From a virus, in the IMG/VR virus record IMGVR_UViG_3300030060_004277, positions 1 to 64,000 of that record: a stretch of DNA of 64,000 nt, one strand, 5' to 3'. Positions 61,670-64,000 of this stretch are shown here, in pieces (the first letter of the stretch is position 1; every line of letters starts with the position of its first letter). A program made the translations under genes and the position numbers. The notes under the pieces are model-generated. The model did no database searches. It was not told the origin of the DNA and saw only the letters and a program-made list of their open reading frames with translations.

Positions 61670-63130
61670 CTATGGCACCATCCATGATGGGACTTTGCGG
61701 TCCCCTCTGAACCAGTTGTCGAAACCCGGCATATAATCATCGAGGAGCATTACTGAGCCTTTGAACTCCTTCGACGCCCAATTCGCCAGTGCTATGCTGA
61801 CAGCCAAGTCGTCATGAGTACCCACACTCTCCAACTTGCCGTTCTTATGCATACCGAACCTGTTGAGTTCCTGCATGAGTTGGTCGGTGTACTTCCTGCT
61901 CCTCTCATCTCCGTATGGTAGTTTGACTTGTCCTTGTTCAAACGCAAGGAGAAGCGACATGAACAGTGACTCTTTCTTTGTGCGTGTGGTCATGAAGACC
62001 CTGATTGGCATGTCAGAGGCTAGTTCCCTCATCTCCTGCTCCAGCATCCTCTGGAAGTTGTTGCCCTCGAGTTCTATCAGGTCAGGCTTGAATCTGTTGT
62101 TGAGCATTACCATCATTCGTTTTTGCGCCATCGAGGACATGCCCCTCTCGTGAACGACGTGGACTATCTCCTTGATATCGCTGTCAGGCTTTATCCTCAT
62201 GACGGTCATGGCTGTGAAGTCAGCGTTCTTGTCGGATGAGATAGCAGGGTCGTGTCCGATGAAATGCTGTCCGAAGACACCATCCGCTTCCCCTTCCTCG
62301 TTATAGAAGGTCTCGGCTCTGTCGAGCAAGACGAGGTTAGTGTCCTTGGCCTTCTCTAAGATGTCCATCGGGAACATACTCGCAACATCGTGAATCGGCT
62401 CGCATAGATACTCACGGCTGAATTGTATGGCAGGCATGGAGAGTCTCCTCTGATTCAGTGATTCTAAGTCCCATCTGCCGGGCCAGAGAGCCTCGCCCTT
62501 CTCATTGATAGCAGGGTAGGTCTCGACTCTGAAGGTCTCCTTCTGCTCCAGTTCCGCGTACAAGTCGTTGTAAGAGAACGGTGTGCCAACCATCATCAGT
62601 TTGCTGCTGTGGTGGAGAACCGGAAGTAAGACACCGTAGAACCAGTCCGCAGTCTTGGCCAACTCGGTGGATGTGGTTCCCCACAGTATATCGTCACACA
62701 CGACGATGTCGGGGTGGAAACCACGGGTAGCACCGCCGACCGACTTGGCCATCAGACGAGAGCCGTTTGTGAAGTTGAAGTATGACTTGGCCCATCTGTC
62801 ACCATCATCCTTGAGATGCCTCAGTATGGGTGTGCCCTCTATGAGGTTCCTGATGAATCGCATGTGCTCTAGCGTCTGCTCTAGGGAGTGTGAGAATATC
62901 ATGATGTGGGTGTTGGGCTTGAAAGCCGCAATCCAGAGGGCGTAGGACATGAAGAAGACGGACTTGCCGTGGTCACGAGACGCCTTGACGCAGTAGTACT
63001 GGTGATTCGCAAGACCATCGTGCCATGATTTGTGATGGTCGTTGTACATGAACTCGAGCAACTCAGTGAAGAAGTACTCAAACGATTTTTTCGCCATCTC
63101 CCTGTCCATGTTGAGGATGAACTCTTCCAT
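61670..63130 (-). CDS. terL: Terminase large subunit
   Basis: Walker A SRDHGKS, Walker B VVCDD, VGTP, nuclease GHDPA and HDDL. Probable start 63130 after GGAG SD. Confidence 0.93.
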   Translation of the reverse strand: MEEFILNMDREMAKKSFEYFFTELLEFMYNDHHKSWHDGLANHQYYCVKASRDHGKSVFFMSYALWIAAFKPNTHIMIFSHSLEQTLEHMRFIRNLIEGTPILRHLKDDGDRWAKSYFNFTNGSRLMAKSVGGATRGFHPDIVVCDDILWGTTSTELAKTADWFYGVLLPVLHHSSKLMMVGTPFSYNDLYAELEQKETFRVETYPAINEKGEALWPGRWDLESLNQRRLSMPAIQFSREYLCEPIHDVASMFPMDILEKAKDTNLVLLDRAETFYNEEGEADGVFGQHFIGHDPAISSDKNADFTAMTVMRIKPDSDIKEIVHVVHERGMSSMAQKRMMVMLNNRFKPDLIELEGNNFQRMLEQEMRELASDMPIRVFMTTRTKKESLFMSLLLAFEQGQVKLPYGDERSRKYTDQLMQELNRFGMHKNGKLESVGTHDDLAVSIALANWASKEFKGSVMLLDDYMPGFDNWFRGDRKVPSWMVP

Positions 63131-63152
63131 GTTCTCCTTATCGGAAATGATA

Positions 63153-63914
63153 TCACGCTCCTGTGGACTGGTCATTCATCTTGTCCCTTAGTTCCTCATT
63201 GAGTTTTCTCTGCTCTTCCTCTTTCATCTCTTTCTGTTTCTCTCGCTGTTCTTCCTGCTTCTCCTCTAGTTCCTTTGCTTGTTTTGCAGGGTCGGGAAGG
63301 ACATTCTGCAAAGCACCCGCCATATCCTCACTGGCCTTGGGTTGAGGGGTGAACTCACCAAGGCTGCTTTGTCTGGTGTTGTCCGCAGTCATGGGAGGCG
63401 CTGGAGTAGGCGATGCTATGGTCTGTCCTCCCTCCACTCGGGCTGGGAAGAATTCATCCATTGTCGCCTGCCTAGTGCCTTGTGGCGAGCCGAGGTCTCT
63501 GAATGCTCTTTGAGCACCATACTGCGCACCGAATCTGGTTGCCAATGGCCTCAGGAATTGCTGCGCACCATATGCGCTAGATGCCATACCAGCGAGACTG
63601 GGTGCTTGCCCTTGCAAGGAGGCATCGTAGATTGTTTTACCAGCAGAGCCTAGTATTGAGGCGATGAGAGCAGCCCGATTGGCTCTTGATGCCGCTGTTG
63701 TTGCACCTTGTTGGACTGCTTGTTGTGTCTGTTGTGGTAACTGTCTGTCGCCAAGCACACCCATGGCTGCCTGCATACCAGCCTCCTGTGGTGCTATCGG
63801 CTTTTCAGGGGATATGAGTAGACCACCCTGCGGTCCGCCAACAACCGCTTGGGTCTGTAAGGTGTTAGGGATGAAACTTTCATCTTGCTTTCTAAGAACG
63901 TATACTCTACTCAC
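63153..63914 (-). CDS. Hypothetical Q/A-rich protein
   Basis: ORF in operon; N-terminal VYVLRK. Confidence 0.7.
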   Translation of the reverse strand: MSRVYVLRKQDESFIPNTLQTQAVVGGPQGGLLISPEKPIAPQEAGMQAAMGVLGDRQLPQQTQQAVQQGATTAASRANRAALIASILGSAGKTIYDASLQGQAPSLAGMASSAYGAQQFLRPLATRFGAQYGAQRAFRDLGSPQGTRQATMDEFFPARVEGGQTIASPTPAPPMTADNTRQSSLGEFTPQPKASEDMAGALQNVLPDPAKQAKELEEKQEEQREKQKEMKEEEQRKLNEELRDKMNDQSTGA

Positions 63915-64000
63915 TTACTCGCCTCCAAATGCTGTCTTGACGACCTTGACGACCTTGTCGCTGTATCCGTACTTCTTGCTGATTCTGGTCCAGTCCCCCT
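63915..64000 (-). CDS. 3' end of a gene truncated by the window edge
   Basis: ...GDWTRISKKYGYSDKVVKVVKTAFGGE*, with the stop abutting the next GTG. Confidence 0.6.
   Translation of the reverse strand, partial: GDWTRISKKYGYSDKVVKVVKTAFGGE

Noticed and set aside
11000-63700. Numerous plus-strand ORFs of 60-290 aa (e.g. 17398-18264, 49639-50316)
   Set aside because: Antisense shadows of well-supported minus-strand genes, with no motifs or SD support.
1-64000. tRNA, rRNA, integrase or transposase
   Set aside because: Intergenic gaps are mostly under 60 nt and none was recognised by eye; a tRNAscan/Infernal run would be decisive.

Overview
This 64 kb window is a gene-dense segment of a tailed archaeal dsDNA virus (Caudoviricetes). 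Gene content and order best fit a magrovirus, a virus of Marine Group II Euryarchaeota (Poseidoniales); this assignment is inferred, not searched. Two operons converge at about 9864. The plus strand (1-9864) carries a replication module: PolB (5' truncated), a MazG-like NTP pyrophosphohydrolase, a Cas4-like Fe-S nuclease, a fused PriS-PriL primase, an ERCC4/XPF nuclease, an MCM-like AAA+ helicase, a DEDD exonuclease, a group II chaperonin, and several Zn-finger and micro-ORFs. The minus strand (64000 to 9865) carries a morphogenesis module: terminase, a LAGLIDADG-domain protein, portal, small head proteins, a 1730-aa protein ending in a catalytically degenerate DNA-ligase domain, prohead protease-scaffold, HK97-type capsid, neck proteins, tail tube, tail chaperones, a short tape measure, a 5633-aa giant tail protein, hub, four tail fibres and a SAM-dependent methyltransferase. 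Many genes have archaeal GGTGA Shine-Dalgarno sites or ATGA stop/start coupling. The best hidden features are: (1) a -1 frameshift (G GGT TTT) with a perfect 14-bp stem 4 nt downstream; (2) a nested scaffold start inside the protease gene; (3) a C-terminal peptide shared by the scaffold and a 116-aa protein; (4) a pseudo-ligase in the head module; (5) an apparent plug-and-socket daisy chain among the tail fibres; (6) an 11-bp inverted repeat between a TATA box and the helicase start codon. No rRNA, tRNA, CRISPR array, integrase or transposase was recognised.
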